Assembly: GCF_964355755.1 (NCBI RefSeq)
Contig: NC_092677.1
Coordinates: 25,593,175-25,657,174 of the forward strand
Length of the DNA stretch: 64,000 bases
Source of the DNA: Antedon mediterranea
Taxonomy: Eukaryota; Animalia; Echinodermata
Reading direction: 5' to 3'
Shown here: positions 1 through 13,759 of the stretch, piece by piece
Layout of the letters: each line of letters starts with the position of its first letter
Numbering within the stretch: position 1 is the first letter of the stretch
Translations under genes and position numbers: made by a program
The notes under the pieces: generated by a model
Database searches by the model: none
The model's input: the letters and a program-made list of their open reading frames with translations, nothing else
Told to the model about the DNA's origin: nothing

Positions 1-223
1 ATGGACAGTACATATAATTATGTAATTTCTTTTTTACAATTGCAGATTTTGATTGGGATACAATACAAAATAGATTGGCGGTTATTGAGAAATCAAAATA
101 ATTGTAAAACGAATGAGTATTTTAATACATTTGAACAAAATATTTTCCAACAAACTTATCAGTGAGTTTAAACTTTGCAAATACTTATTAAACTTTACCG
201 AAGAGCGACAACAACTTTGCACG

Positions 224-3200
224 ATGGAAAACAAACCATTTTGTGCGCGAATCAATGTTATTACCGGTGAAACGGAATGGGTTATGGAGAATGAGATTTA
301 CGATTATCATCAAGAAATCGCACGATCTGGCTACACAGATATGCTACACGATCACGAGAGGGTAAGTAAACCATTCATTTTCTTTCGTGTTAATTGTTTT
401 AAGAACTTTCATAAATATATCTGATATTTCTAGTTTAAAATTAAGGAGAATTTATTTGGAAAAAAAATATTCATACAGTAATGTTGTAATGTAATTTTTA
501 ACTGTAATTTTTTTATAGCAATCTGAATGTTATGCCTTCTGAATATGTTTTCTACTACTTTTACCTTATTTAAAGTGTTTTGTAATTTGTTGTCTTGTTT
601 TGCCCTGCATATGCTTGTTCTCCTATCTGGGATGTTGGTTACATTCTTATGTTCCCTACAATTTGTGACGTTTTGTAAAAATAATACATATATATTACTT
701 TAAAAACATTAAACCAGGTCATTCCTTGTCTTAAATGTACGTTTTATGGTAAATTATGATAAAAAGTGAGAAACAATGCACTACCTAAGTAGCTCACGGC
801 GCCTGACCTCTCGTGGGCGGTCTTTAGGCCTAGCCTAGCTAGGCTTAGTTTTGTAGGCCTAGCTGGTAATCATCGGTAATGTACGAACATCGTACGCTAG
901 CTATATACCTAGCCTGACGTTGTATAGTTTCTGCATTAATTGTGATTCTACTTTTACCAGACTCTGTTGATACAAATTGGGGAAAACCTGGTATTTTCGC
1001 TGAAAGGTTAGAAGTCTTCAATTTGTTTTGGCCTCGCGATCGAAAAGTGGGTTAATTACAGAAAAAAATCAGAAATATCAATCCGCGCGCAATGCATTTT
1101 GGGATTTATAGCGGGCCGCTATAATTATTAGAATCAACTTATTTTTCACATTTTTAACCATTTAAAGACGAAAAAAGTTATCGCAATAGGACCATATAGT
1201 ATTATTTTTACATTAAATATAGTTTGTGATCTTATAATAGATCTAAAAAACGAAGGTGTCTTTAAAGTAAATGATGATTTTACATAGTATATAGGGTATG
1301 AATTCATTATTGAAAATATAATAAAACAGTGTAATTTTGATTAACAATTACCTTTTTTTAATTAATATAGAACAAGAAGTATTACGAGGGAATAAAATTA
1401 GCAATAGCAGCTGTCCATGCCAGAGGAGAGAAGGCTCATGTGCTGGACATAGGAGCCGGTACTGGTCTACTATCAATGATGGCAGCAAAAGCTGGAGCAG
1501 ACACTGTACATGCTTGTGAGGTATGTACTGTATGTCAGTAAGCAGTGGGTACAGGATTTTGAAATTGAGGTCGTGACATATGGTGCTAATTATATTTTAT
1601 ATATATTAGAAATGTTTTATATTTTGCTATCTTTTGCATTGTAATTATTATTTATTTATTTTTTTTGTTTGCATTTGTAAAATATTCACCAATCACACTT
1701 AAGTGATTTAAGTATTTCACTTAAGTCAATAAATATTTAAGCATTTCTCTTAAATTTTATTCACTTAGATAGGACATTTTTTTATTTTAAGGGTAAGTGT
1801 TTCCTTTACACAACAGTAAGTGTGAATGGTGAAAACGACCACTGTTCTTCAAATTCCAACCAAATTTTCATTGATTCCTCATACAGATTTTATTTTTATA
1901 GTATTGGAAAAATGTTTTATCTTAAAATTTTCACAGGCCTTTCCTCCAATAGCAGATGGTGCAAGAACAATTATTGCTCAAAACGGCTTTAAAGAGAAAA
2001 TTAAAGTAATTGGGAAGAGGTCAACCGAGTTGACTGTAGGCCCAGAAGGTGACCTTGCACGTAGGGCTAACATCCTTGCTACAGAGGTGTTTGACACAGA
2101 GCTGATCGGAGAAGGAGCCATTCCAACATTCCTCCACGCTCATAAGCATCTACTAACAGCAAACTGTATATCAGTTCCACACTCCGCAACTGTTTTTGCT
2201 CAAATTGTTGAGTCGGATTTCATATGGAAATGGCATAAAATGTTGCCGATAAAAGTAACCGGACATGATGACATTGTTTCAACAAGCGAGATTGACTTCT
2301 GCGCTGGTTCTCCTTCAGTACATGACGTACAATTGAGTCAAATACGACCAGGTCAATTTAAACCAATCACTGAGCCTACCAGTATGATTGATTTTAATTT
2401 CACTAAAGGAGATTTTCAAGAAAGGAGATTTCAAATCCAGCAGGTGAGAGCTCTTACAAGTGGTTCATGCCATGCAGTCTTTATGTGGTGGTCGCTAGAG
2501 ATGGACACTGCAGGAGATATTGTCTTAAGCACAGCGCCAACCTGGGCGCATCCTGATGGTGATGCAGCGCCGTGGAGAGATCATTGGATGCAGTCGATTT
2601 ATTATCTTCCAACTCCTCTACCAGTTAAACAAGGTACCTTAACAATAGCGAGCTTTTGTTTTGGGATGATAGGTGAGGGAGATAACAAAAATTTATCAGG
2701 GATGAATAGATATGGTATACTCTGTTTAAATTCTACAACCGTGGTGGTCCCGACATGAAAGCTCTTAATGTATGTTATTTTACTACTAGTTTATTTGGTA
2801 GCTAAAGACAGTCACATCCCATAATTTCGCCAATATCAAATTATTCTTTAAAATTTTGTTTCAGGGGACAATTTATCTTTCAAACTCTCCCACGATGACT
2901 TTAGTCTTTGGTTCAATGTCAAAACATGTAGTGAGAATTGTGACAATGTGAAAGATTTAAGTCAAGACGACAGACCAGTCTGTACATGTGGAGCACATAT
3001 TCAACTCAGTCGAGCAAGGATACGCAAACTAAATGACGGACAAACAACGGATAAATTTGTTGCCGCTCTGAAGAAGGTACTTTATAAAATCTTTTTTGTC
3101 TTTGATATTCAAAAATAACAATCTGAAATGAATTACAAAGTTCAGCATTTGAAATAATTATTTCTTACGCTCGTGCTACACTATCAAAATGTATGCGACA

Positions 3201-6200
3201 AAAAAATATGTGTCCATATATGGACATGATGATGTCATACCACTACCATATGTGGGCATATCTCTACCATAATTGAGGCCATCACACTTTTTTTGTCAAA
3301 CTAGTTTGATAGTGTAGATTGAGCTTAAGAAAAACACTGTTAATATACATATCCCTTCTCGATTACATCACACATGCTAATGCATTGCTAATCATTTTAC
3401 TATCACTTTGTTTGTTGTGGTTTTTTTTAATAGGTTGTTAAACATGATAGTATATGTGCCAGTATTAGTGATGGTTCTCATCTACCACTCATAGCTGCTA
3501 GGCTCGGCGCTGAAAAGGTAATTGAACATCACCTATTGGGTGTCCTGTAGTACTGTACTTCCGCACCTCTAGTAATCATTACCAATCAGTGGTGTAACGC
3601 AGAGGCCTACAGCCCCAGGTTTAGGAAACCTAAATGGCCCTACAACTTCCAATGCTGGAGGCCTCTTCGACATATTTTAATGCCTGATTTTTTCTCTGGG
3701 CACCGCTCAGGTGCCCTTATAATCTCCAGGGCCCCTGGATTTAGCCAGTGAGCGCTCATAGCCGTTACGTCACTGCCAATACCTAGTAGTAATCATTACC
3801 AACAATGTCAATACAATACTAAAAACTAAAATAAATTTTTCAGTTTTGTTTTTTTCTTTAAATCAGATTTTTAACTTCACACAAACCAACTTTAATCGTA
3901 AGCAATCTATAATGGACATAGCTAGGACAAATAATCTACATCAAATAGAGGTAATTCAGAAGAGAGGACTTGGGGATGTTCTAGCATCAGATATTGGCAA
4001 TAAACAGGTAACTCAGATATTTAATAATGTCCCAATTATTAAACTGTCCATATATATGTCCATTTTCAAACGCATTTCAATTTTATATTCATATTCATAT
4101 TCATATTCAATTCACATTTATTTACTCATCGTTTATAAATACAGTTTCATAGCATAAATGATGGCAAGGATCCTGCATAGAGAAGTTTACACTTCTGTTT
4201 TCGCAGGACCCTTTTACATAAAAAACATAAAACAATAAACACAACATAATAGATACAAAATTTAAAAAAAAACATTTCCTATATACATTTTAGAGTTGTT
4301 CATCATCAAAAAGCATTTGTGTTTTTATAATATCATTATTTATACATTTTTTCTTAAAAAAGAAGATATTCAGTTTATTACTTCCAGTACATGTGGATTC
4401 TTTCTTTTATTATAGCAAAAGTATGAATACATATAATATAAAACAGGCTATGTGTGTATACTCGCACACACCAACACAACGCATAATATATGCATATATA
4501 TTTTATGAGTGAAGCATTTTAAGTTCTGTAATTCGATAGAATGTCTCTTTTTACATATTTTTTTAGTATTTTATAATTTTTGTTAACAATATTACTATGG
4601 ACAATAAAATAATATCAGTATCAGTAAATCATCGACTTTAACACTGATGACTCAAATTATCGGAACCTCCTACGATTATTATGGAGTTTAATATTTTACG
4701 TTTTTTTTCTTCAAATCTACGTTTTAGATCAATGTATTAATGAGTGAGCCGTTCTTCTCCAGCACACTTCAGCCATGGCATGATCTTCATTTCTGGTATG
4801 CCAAAGATTCTTTAAAACAGCTCTTGGCACCAAACTGCAGCATCCTGCCACAATCAGGAACTCTTAAAGCAATGGCACTGGAGTTTGATGATCTTTGGAA
4901 GTTCCATGCTCCTGTGGTAGAGAAGGAGGGCTTCAACCTGGCTCAGTTTGATGTCATTGTTCAGGTATGAAAGAGTTTGAATTCAACGGTAGCATAAACA
5001 GAAGTCGAGAGGTGGGCAGTGGTAATGGTTAATAATAATGGTAGTTTTATATAGCGCCTAATACAATGTAAAGCGCTTTGATTCATAAAATATCCTAAGA
5101 TAACCAAGAAAAGAAGAAAAGCAGAGGAACCATTTACACCGATCAGTTCTCCAGCAACTTGAAGCTCCCATATAAGAGCTTTCCGGAACAGTATTCACAG
5201 GAGCTCAAGTGTAAAAAAGGCATCTGTCTATCCTATCAAAATAAGAAGATTTAAATTCGCTTTTGTTTGAAAATCTCTCTCTCTCCTTACATTCCATTTC
5301 CTGCATGAAACTAAACGACATCTTTGATCATTACTTCTTGTAGAGATCATCGGACCTGGCTGATGAAAGGATGGATCCCCATCATCTGTGGGAGTACCCA
5401 TCAAGAATTTTATCTAATCCTTTCAAACTAATGACCTTCGATTTTAACGGAAACATTCCAGAAAAGAGTATCAAAAAGAATGGCTCCATCCAATTCACCA
5501 GGTAAGTTTGTTTTTCATATGAGTACAGTATCAGCAAAATCCAATAGGGTTGGTGAAATTCAGTCCAAAATACGCAGAATTTTTTCCAAAATACGTAAAG
5601 TTGAGGGCGCTATACTAATCCAAAATACGCGAGTCTTTCCAAAATACGTCGACTTGAGGGCGCTATTCATTTTCCAAAATACGCGAATTGTCCAAAATAC
5701 GTCAAGTTGAGGGCGCTATACTAATCCAAAATACGCGAGTCTTTCCAAAATACGTCGACTTGAGGGCGCTATTCATTTTCCAAAATACGCGAATTGTCCA
5801 AAATACGTCAAGTTGAGGGCGCTAGTCATTTTCCAAAATACGCGATTTGTCCAAAATACGTCAATTTGGAACCGCTTGTAATTTTCCAAAATACGTCAAC
5901 TTGAGAGCGCTATTCATTTTCCAAAATACGCGATTTAAATAATTACTTTACTTCTTCTAACCAATTATTGATATTATTTTAATTACAATACCATATGCTT
6001 TTTATTATTATTATATATTATATGAAATAACTATTATGTTAGATTTCAGATTAGGTAACTTATTTGACCATAAGTACCGTACATTAAATTGAAAGCGATG
6101 TTGGTCTGTCGAGCTCGGGAAAAATATCGATTTTGTAGATCACCAAATATATAACACATGCCCATGACTATGCTATACTATACGTACATGCTGCTTTTGT

Positions 6201-7153
6201 AGCCGGTTTATGCCTCATTTAAACTAGCTACGTCTGGCAATGCAATCGTACATCGTTCAGACATTATTAATGTATATTATAGGCACTGTCTATTGACTGT
6301 CTATTGTTGGCACATATTTGTTTTTATTCAGTAATAAATGATTACATTGAAAAATAATAATTGGCTACTATATGACATTTTATTTACAAAAAATTCTGCC
6401 TTCCAATACTTTCATTTATAACTAAAATGTAATTGTTTGTTTTACTCTAAGAAACTTTTTTTTAATACATTAAACTGTAATTCTACCTTACACTTTCAAT
6501 ATGATACATTTGGAAAGGCTCTCGTATTTTGGAAAAAAGTTTGCCGCCCTCAAGTTGACGTATTTTGGAAAATTACTAGCGGTCCCAAATTGCAAATTGA
6601 TGTATTTTGGACAAATCGCGTATTTTGGAAATGAATAGCGCCCTCAATTTGACGTATTTTGGACAATTTGCGTATTTTGGAAAATGAATAGCGCCCTCAA
6701 GTTGACGTATTTTGGAAAGACTCGCGTATTTTGGATTAGTATAGCGCCCTCAACTTGACGTATTTTGGGAAAAATTCTGCGTATTTTGGACTGATGTTCA
6801 CCAACCCGACTCGCAAAATCAGAGAATTCACTTATTTGGAAATAATGATATATCAGCTTGTGTTTTGTTCTTTATGATGAAAGCCTGTGTTTATCTCCTA
6901 TAGAAAGGGAATATGTCACGGTATTGCTGTGTGGATGGAATTTGACCTTGATGGTGACCTCACAATCTCATCCGGCCTACAAGGAGTAAATTCAACTGGC
7001 ACGCCCAGTTGGGACATGAACGCTAAGCAAGGCGTTTACTTCATACCAGAAAAGCCAGAAACATTTGGGAAAAACGGACTGAAAATGTTAAATTATCACA
7101 TACATTTTAATCCAAAATATGCCACATTCCAATGGACATTTGAACTGAAATAG
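224..7153 (+). CDS. PRMT7: Protein arginine N-methyltransferase 7, 9 coding exons
   Basis: Exons 224-361, 1371-1520, 1937-2633, 2865-3076, 3434-3517, 3867-4007, 4728-4964, 5344-5501, 6904-7153, all GT-AG and in phase. Motifs: [36 protein letters not shown] (SAM binding), [12 protein letters not shown] (double-E loop), WRDHWMQ, and a second degenerate domain ([22 protein letters not shown]). Confidence 0.96.
3587..3775. mobile_element. MITE with cagtggcgtaacg-type TIR (second copy 63724-63912)
   Basis: Both copies share the interior gtttaggaaacctaa..ggccc..tttagccagtgagcgc..ccgttacg(t/c)cactg. Confidence 0.8.
5542..6812. mobile_element. Foldback-type non-autonomous DNA element with modular TIRs, PRMT7 intron 8
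   Basis: Long inverted arms built of ccaaaatacg/ttgagggcgcta units; flanking 8-bp direct repeat GCAAAATC (5534-5541, 6813-6820). Confidence 0.85.
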
Positions 7154-7944
7154 TTGTTTTTGTTGATTTTATGTGGTACTAATTTGTTTTACTGATTTCT
7201 TCATGTTCTCAACTATAGTACTGTATATCCTCCTCTGGCATAATCTTCAATCTTCCCCCTTCCCCCACCCCTTAGAAGACAAAATTTGGCCAACTTTGGA
7301 AGTGGCACCCCGGGGAAAGCCTGGTTTATGAAAAAATGATTGGTAAACATTTCTTGTAAAAAAATCATCAGAACTGGCTAGAGAGAGGCCTACATCCAGA
7401 CCAAAAGTCAATACTGGGACTATACCTGGGGATATGCTTGTTTGTGAAATCATACAGTAGGGGGTGGGATAAGACCCGAAGTGGGATTATATCTAAGGAT
7501 ATATGGTATTAGTATAATACCCCTTTCACATCGCCTAGCTCTTAATTTGCTTTTTTTCTTGCTAGCCTTCTGGGCTAATTAGCGTCAGATCTATCCACAG
7601 GACTTACTTTGCCTACTCAATAAAGAGACACACCACTACAAATTCTATCTCTATGTTGTTTTATGTGACTTGCATTGCGTTTTGGATTTATATAAAAAGT
7701 CTGAAGAAAGGTAAGCAGTTTTTTTTTTTATAATTTTCTATATATTTATCTGAGTTAGACCAGAGATACTTGTATTTGTACAGTATTTCATTTCTAAAAA
7801 AACTAGTAAATGTCTGTATAACTTTTTATATTTCTATGGAAGTCCAGCTTCATCGCATAATGTTTCTTTCGTATCCAAACATTGTTTTTTTTTTTTTTGG
7901 ATAACCATGTATAGCCGTACTGATAAAACAACATTTTTTTTTTT

Positions 7945-10900
7945 TTAATGCTGCGACGATTCTTTATATTCCTTTGGTAAACCATCTTCACCCAGTAATG
8001 ATTCATTAGGATCCATAACAACCTCTGGACCAGATCCTACTGCGGTGTTGATGATGTATTTGATAGCCCCAGGCGTTGTCGGTATAGACTTCAAATTCAG
8101 CAGATTCTAAAATGTTGAAAGTCCTTTTATAAATTACATTTAAAAAGTTAAAATCATCATTCTCATTTTAATACATACAACATATAAAGTTCTGTCTACA
8201 CTTTCAAACTTTATGTAAAAAAGAATGTGATGTGCCCATATATGTGGATATGATGATGTCATATCACTACCATATTTGGGCACATCACACTTTTTGTCAA
8301 ACTAGTTTGATAGTGTAGACAGAGCTTTAGAGAGGCCTACAGATTTTGTGTGCCACAATTGACTTGTATCATACCAACATACCTCATCAATATTATCAAT
8401 TAAATTCACTGGTAACCCTCTAACAAATGGCTCTCCAATTGTACTTGAACTTGGAGGAAAATAATGCTGGACAATGTTGATGAATAAATCAACGGACTCC
8501 TCCAACATGTATAGGGTCGCATTTGGTCCAGCATCAAATGTATATGCTACCTAAAAATAAGTATGTTAAAAATGTAAAATCTTATTTAATATTTCTGGAT
8601 ATTCTTTATGGTTTTCCAGTCTTACTAGCACCACTGACGAACATTGTGATTTTAACTAGGTGTGAACCACTGACATATTTTGGCACACATGGCATGTCAT
8701 ACCTATAATAGGTTTGACACGCCATGTGTGTTATTATCAACTATTTTGGCACACAGGCCGTGTCACACCTATAACAGGTACGACATGCCAACTATTTTGG
8801 CACACATAGCATGTCATACCTGTAATAGGTATAACACGCCATGTGTGCCAAAATATGTCATTGGTTCTTAGTAATTCTGATTGGTTCTTCTGGCTCAGTA
8901 CTAATTTGCATAATTACTCTGATTACTTGCAAAATCATACAATTGTTACCTTTGCACACTGATGGTATTTGTTGAAACTGTGAACTAGATTCTGGATTGT
9001 ATGTGATGTGTCATTTAAATATGAAATTGGAGGATACGTGTCTAAACATACAGCGTGGAACTGATTGCTTTCCTAGAAAAGAGACAATGTTAAACTCTGT
9101 CTACACTATCAAACTTTATATGACGTGACCATATATATGGACATGATGATATCATATCACTACCATATTTGGTAGTGATATGATAGCACTGTGGCGCAGT
9201 GGTTAGAGCATTGGACTTGCAATCAAGAGGTTGTCGGTTCAAGCCCCGGCTCGGTCACTGCAGTGTTGAGTCCTTGAGCAAGATTCTTTATCCACATTGT
9301 TCCTCCCCACCCAGGTGATAGAAATGGGTACCGGTATGTGAAAAGTACTGGGAAGGTAAATCAGACTCGTTTGTGCGGGAGGAGTGGCGTACCCCCCACA
9401 AACATACACACTTAGTGGAGTCTGGCCCAAACGCTAAGGAAATGGAGATGGGCACCACGGCCGTTAGCATTAGCTTAGGTTTCGACTTTACCTTACCATA
9501 TTTGGGCACATCATTTTGTCAAAATAGTGTAAACAGAGCTTTAGGTTAGATACAATATTATAAGTATTTTTTGGTATCATACATGATGTTTAAGTCATTA
9601 CTTTCATGGTATTAACTGCAAATGTTTCAAAGTCCTTGTTTCCAATAGCGTTCACTACTGCGTCTAATCTAGAAGCGACGCAGTGCTTGATGCGATATTG
9701 TAACAGCTCACTGGTTTCTACGCTACCCTGCATGCCAGAGAAACTGCTCACTTTCTTTTGTTGATCACTCACCTAGTTGGAATAGAAAGCAAGCCAATAT
9801 ACGTATTAGGGATGCACAAAATATTTTAAAAAGTTATCACCTTTTTTTTTAATAATTTAAAATTCGGCTATTGTCCACTTACCACAAGTATTACGACTTT
9901 TAGCTCAGGCCAATGGGTGTGCGGATATAATTGTCTCGCTATACTGTCTGACCCACTACTGTCCCATCCCATATCCCACTGAACAGCGCCACCAAATATG
10001 CTCCTACTGGCACTACCTGATCCCAGTCTGGCAATGTCAGAAATGTTGCCTTCAACCTTGAACAGTTTGGCGAGGCAATAGGCTGCAATTTTGGGTGAAA
10101 AACAGAAAATCAAAAAATTATATTTATACATTTATCAATCTTTTAAGCTCTATCTACACTATCAAACTAGTTCGACAAAAAAAGTGTGATGTGCCCATAT
10201 GTGATAGTGATATGCCCAAATATGGTAGTGATATGACATCATTTTTATATGGACATCACATTTTTTTGTCACATAAAGTTTGATAGTGTAGACAGAGCTT
10301 TAAACTTTTCTTTCAATTTTTTATTTCATTTTTATAGTATGAACATCTTATGTTATGAACTATCGATTTGCATGGTTGCAGTGAGTCTATGGGCTAAACA
10401 TTTGCTAGCACAGTGTTGCATATTAACCAACCTAGGCAAGCATAGCCAGCAGCTGATGATGCTAGCCCAGCTGCAGTTGGGAAATTGTTCTTGGAGCAAA
10501 TATGAACATTCCAATTTAGCATCTCCAATGGTATATTGTCATCCGTATCATTATCGGACACGCTTTTCCTTTTTCTTGCTCTCCGTCTAACTGCAGGATA
10601 AATATTTAACCCAATTCATTATCAAACATTTTTGAGCAAACAAATTTAGTAATTTAGAAATAAGTGTTCTACAAAAAGTTATTAAATATAGATAGTTGTT
10701 ATTCTTACTTTCTTTTAAACAGGCAGTTAATCTTAAATTTTCTATTTTTCTAGGGAAAAAAATTAAATAGTTACTGACAGAAATTATACTTGCATAATAA
10801 AACTTTCCATAACATCAGTCTAAAGCTCTGTCTACACTATCAAACAAGTTTGACAAAAAAAAGTGAATTAATACAGTAGTAGGTATCTTTCTTACTCGCC

Positions 10901-11588
10901 GTTTAACCATATTTGATCTTGTTTGAATGTTGGCGATACAGCAGCTGTGGTCGTTGCGCAAAGGTGCTCGGTACAAAGAGTGAAGCTGACTGACGAATTT
11001 AGCGGCAGAATAAGTTTGGTGTCTCGTTTTCCCCCTTTAAAATAAAATGCACATTAAATGTTAAAACAAAGCAGGCTAAAATTATGAATTAAAAAAATAC
11101 TAGGGCTAGGCCTAGGCTATTATTAGGCCTAGCCCTATTATAAAAATTATAGGCCTACTAGGTACTCTAGTAAGTAAGGGCCTCCTCTAGCTAGGCCTAT
11201 ATATTATTACTATTAGTATTAATATAGGCAGGCGGAGCTAGTTAGAATGGATAAGGGAAAGTAATATATAATAATATGTATTTTGCTATAGTTTGTTGGA
11301 GTTTATTTTAACAATAATGGCTATTAAAAGGACGATTAAGCTAGGCCTAAGACGTTTCGTCCCATAAACGAATCTAACCGTACGTCGATTAAATGATTTT
11401 TTTTCCATCACCACGCTGTCATTGTACTAGAGAGGAAGTGATCTTATTTTCCCCAAAAAGACTTTAATGTGATGATAAGCGAAGATTTCATTAAATATTT
11501 GTTTCATAACTAATAACTTACAATATTTAATAACTGCAATGTTTACTGGGGCTTTGCATGTCACTGAATTCATTTTAAAATCACCCAT
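7945..11588 (-). CDS. MVD: Diphosphomevalonate decarboxylase, 9 coding exons (start ATG at 11588 or in-frame 11573)
   Basis: Exons 11588-11522, 11034-10896, 10749-10709, 10590-10432, 10082-9883, 9772-9602, 9072-8950, 8550-8383, 8106-7945. Motifs: [73 protein letters not shown]. Confidence 0.96.
8664..8867. mobile_element. Small MITE in MVD intron 7
   Basis: TIR gaacca(c/a)tgacatattttggcacaca with internal repeated palindromic units. Confidence 0.75.
9184..9496 (+). mobile_element. tRNA-derived SINE inserted into a MITE in MVD intron 6
   Basis: A box tggcgcagtgg, B box ggttcaagcc, CORE-like ccttgagcaag..ccacccagg..aaatgggtacc, and a gactttacctta tail; MITE halves on both sides. Confidence 0.85.
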
Positions 11589-12970
11589 TTAGCCCAGCGT
11601 AATATTTATCGTGTCGTGATCTCGAGCGAGCTGGAGAGACATAAATCACAAACAAACAAACGGATATAATCGTTGCCAGGATATAACGGGTAATTGTTGT
11701 CATTTAAAAAATTGCCAGATCACAAATTTCCAAATTATTAAAAGACGTACGTGTGCTTGTTGTCAATTTATGGCTACTCTGATCATATAGGATATTGTGA
11801 TATAGATATAATATTAATAAGAGTAAAATAATATATTGATGAGGCAGATAAACTTGTTGTTTGTGCTAACAATTATATTAGACGCTTCTCAGTCCCGGTT
11901 CTCAGTTGTCAATTGTATGATTAGACCAGGAACAACTCCCTGATTAGACTGATGTACAGTGATATAGAATTAATAAAAGGGTCTAATTCAGATTTAACGA
12001 ATGACTAGTGACTTGTATTAATGAATAACACTAACAATTTAGGCCATCCAAGAGTGTTATAGGCCTATAAATTGAGACTTCTGCCCGTGGCACGGTCACT
12101 ATGCATGCAGACAGGGATTAATAATAGGCCTACTAGAATAGGGAACATTCTCCGATGATCAAGAAAATGAATACTAATTCTCCTGAGTAAAAGAAGAAAT
12201 ATCTGAAAGGTTTTTGACCGGATAGACTAGACGTGTTACATTACTTTATCCCTACGTAATTCTGGCATAATTTCACGCGTTTTTAAATAACCCCTAAGGC
12301 CATGATTGTGGGTAATTTTTGCACTTGGAGTTGTTTGGCAATTCAATTATTGTTTGGCTTTTATTTTATGTACATTGAGATATGCTGGCATTACCCTTAT
12401 CATAACTAGGGCAGTATGTTTAATTGTGTTAAAAAAAGCCACAACAAAATTTAAGCTTTGGGTTTTTGCTGGTACTAGTACTATAGTATGTACGTACGAT
12501 AAGGCGTTTCTCATTCCTGGAAGATCTCTGCTCAACAGCGCTGAGAACCATCGAAGTGTACTGTAAGTATAGTATGCTTTTTCGATCGTGCTTTCTAACG
12601 TACTTGCGAAAATAGTATTTTAAGGTCTGCAATGACGAAACATTTGATTGACGATAGTTTTGGAAATGAATTATTGTTTGTCCTAGATGTGATAACATTT
12701 AGCTTTCATCTACGTATTTTGAGTTGCTTCAGCTCCAGCCATACTTGGTACGTCAGGTGTAACGTTTTTAAGATTCTCAGTGGTTTGATCACGATTTACG
12801 TCTCGTAATGAAAAAAGAAAATTTCAAGATTTGTTAGAAATTCCTCTCGTGGGTGTTGGCCTCCATTATAGGTAGGCCTACATACTGTACCTGTGAGACA
12901 TTAATTGTAGGTAGGCCTACTACTCATAGGTCTAATAATATTTTTGTTAATAAATTTCTATTTATAGGCC

Positions 12971-13237
12971 ATGGCGAGTTCGAGAACAGACGACAAAACT
13001 AAAGACGATAGTGGGATGCAATCAGATTATTCGAATAAATCATCGCATTGTACAAAAACGTGGAAGAATAAATTGGCAAACGTTATGAATCGACTGAAAC
13101 GCTCAGCTCTGTTCGAAATGTCAAACATGATTGTGTATGACGTCAGTGGGACAGACGTTTACACCGTTACAGACGCAATTGAAAGAACAAGGCGCGCAAA
13201 AGTACCGCAATCGTCGCCGTGTGAACAGGACTCATAA
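12971..13237 (+). CDS. Candidate small orphan protein (88 aa)
   Basis: ORF with strong Kozak context (gccATGg) directly after a pyrimidine-rich acceptor (tttctatttatag, ends 12967); possible upstream donor at 12872. No family recognised. Confidence 0.4.
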   Translation: MASSRTDDKTKDDSGMQSDYSNKSSHCTKTWKNKLANVMNRLKRSALFEMSNMIVYDVSGTDVYTVTDAIERTRRAKVPQSSPCEQDS

Positions 13238-13759
13238 TATTGTTGTAAATATCGTGATCATAAAGAGGATCAAGGATTATAATATATTAAACTTTGAAAC
13301 GTAATCAAACTTTTGAAAACGGTAAAAAATAAGTTTACCACATGAAGTTTATCGTTTGTCAAAACAAGTATTTTTTTTATTCGCAGTAGTTGATAGGCAA
13401 AGTCCACACGGCGGCCGTTTCTAGTATGAAGAACGTCTATACACGCGGTATTATTTATACGGCTTTATGAAAGAATATGTCTACGTTCGATATAGAACCG
13501 TTTGACTGTATATTTATAGCCAATTTATCTGCTGGCACTCGTAATGAATAATTTATCCGATTGTTGTATTTCAATTGGTATCTCATTAGCATGATATATC
13601 GGCTAATAATATCAATTGTAATTGTATTTATTTTATTGAGAATTAATTATTATAACAATTACTGTATAATATAATAAATTCAAATCGCATTTGATTAACT
13701 TTGGGGTTTTAAATTTGAATCATTACATGCCACAGTTTTGCTACATTTAAAAGAGTTTT

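Noticed and set aside
113-223. N-terminal extension of PRMT7 from ATG 113
   Set aside because: AT-rich with no family resemblance; similarity to PRMT7 begins at the Met at 224.
9184-9266. Functional tRNA gene (also at 21125 and 25590-25657)
   Set aside because: The stems are imperfect and each runs directly into a SINE body and tail.
12306-12698. Overlapping short hydrophobic ORFs upstream of the orphan ORF
   Set aside because: Weak or non-ATG starts and no recognisable motifs; probably UTR or non-coding.
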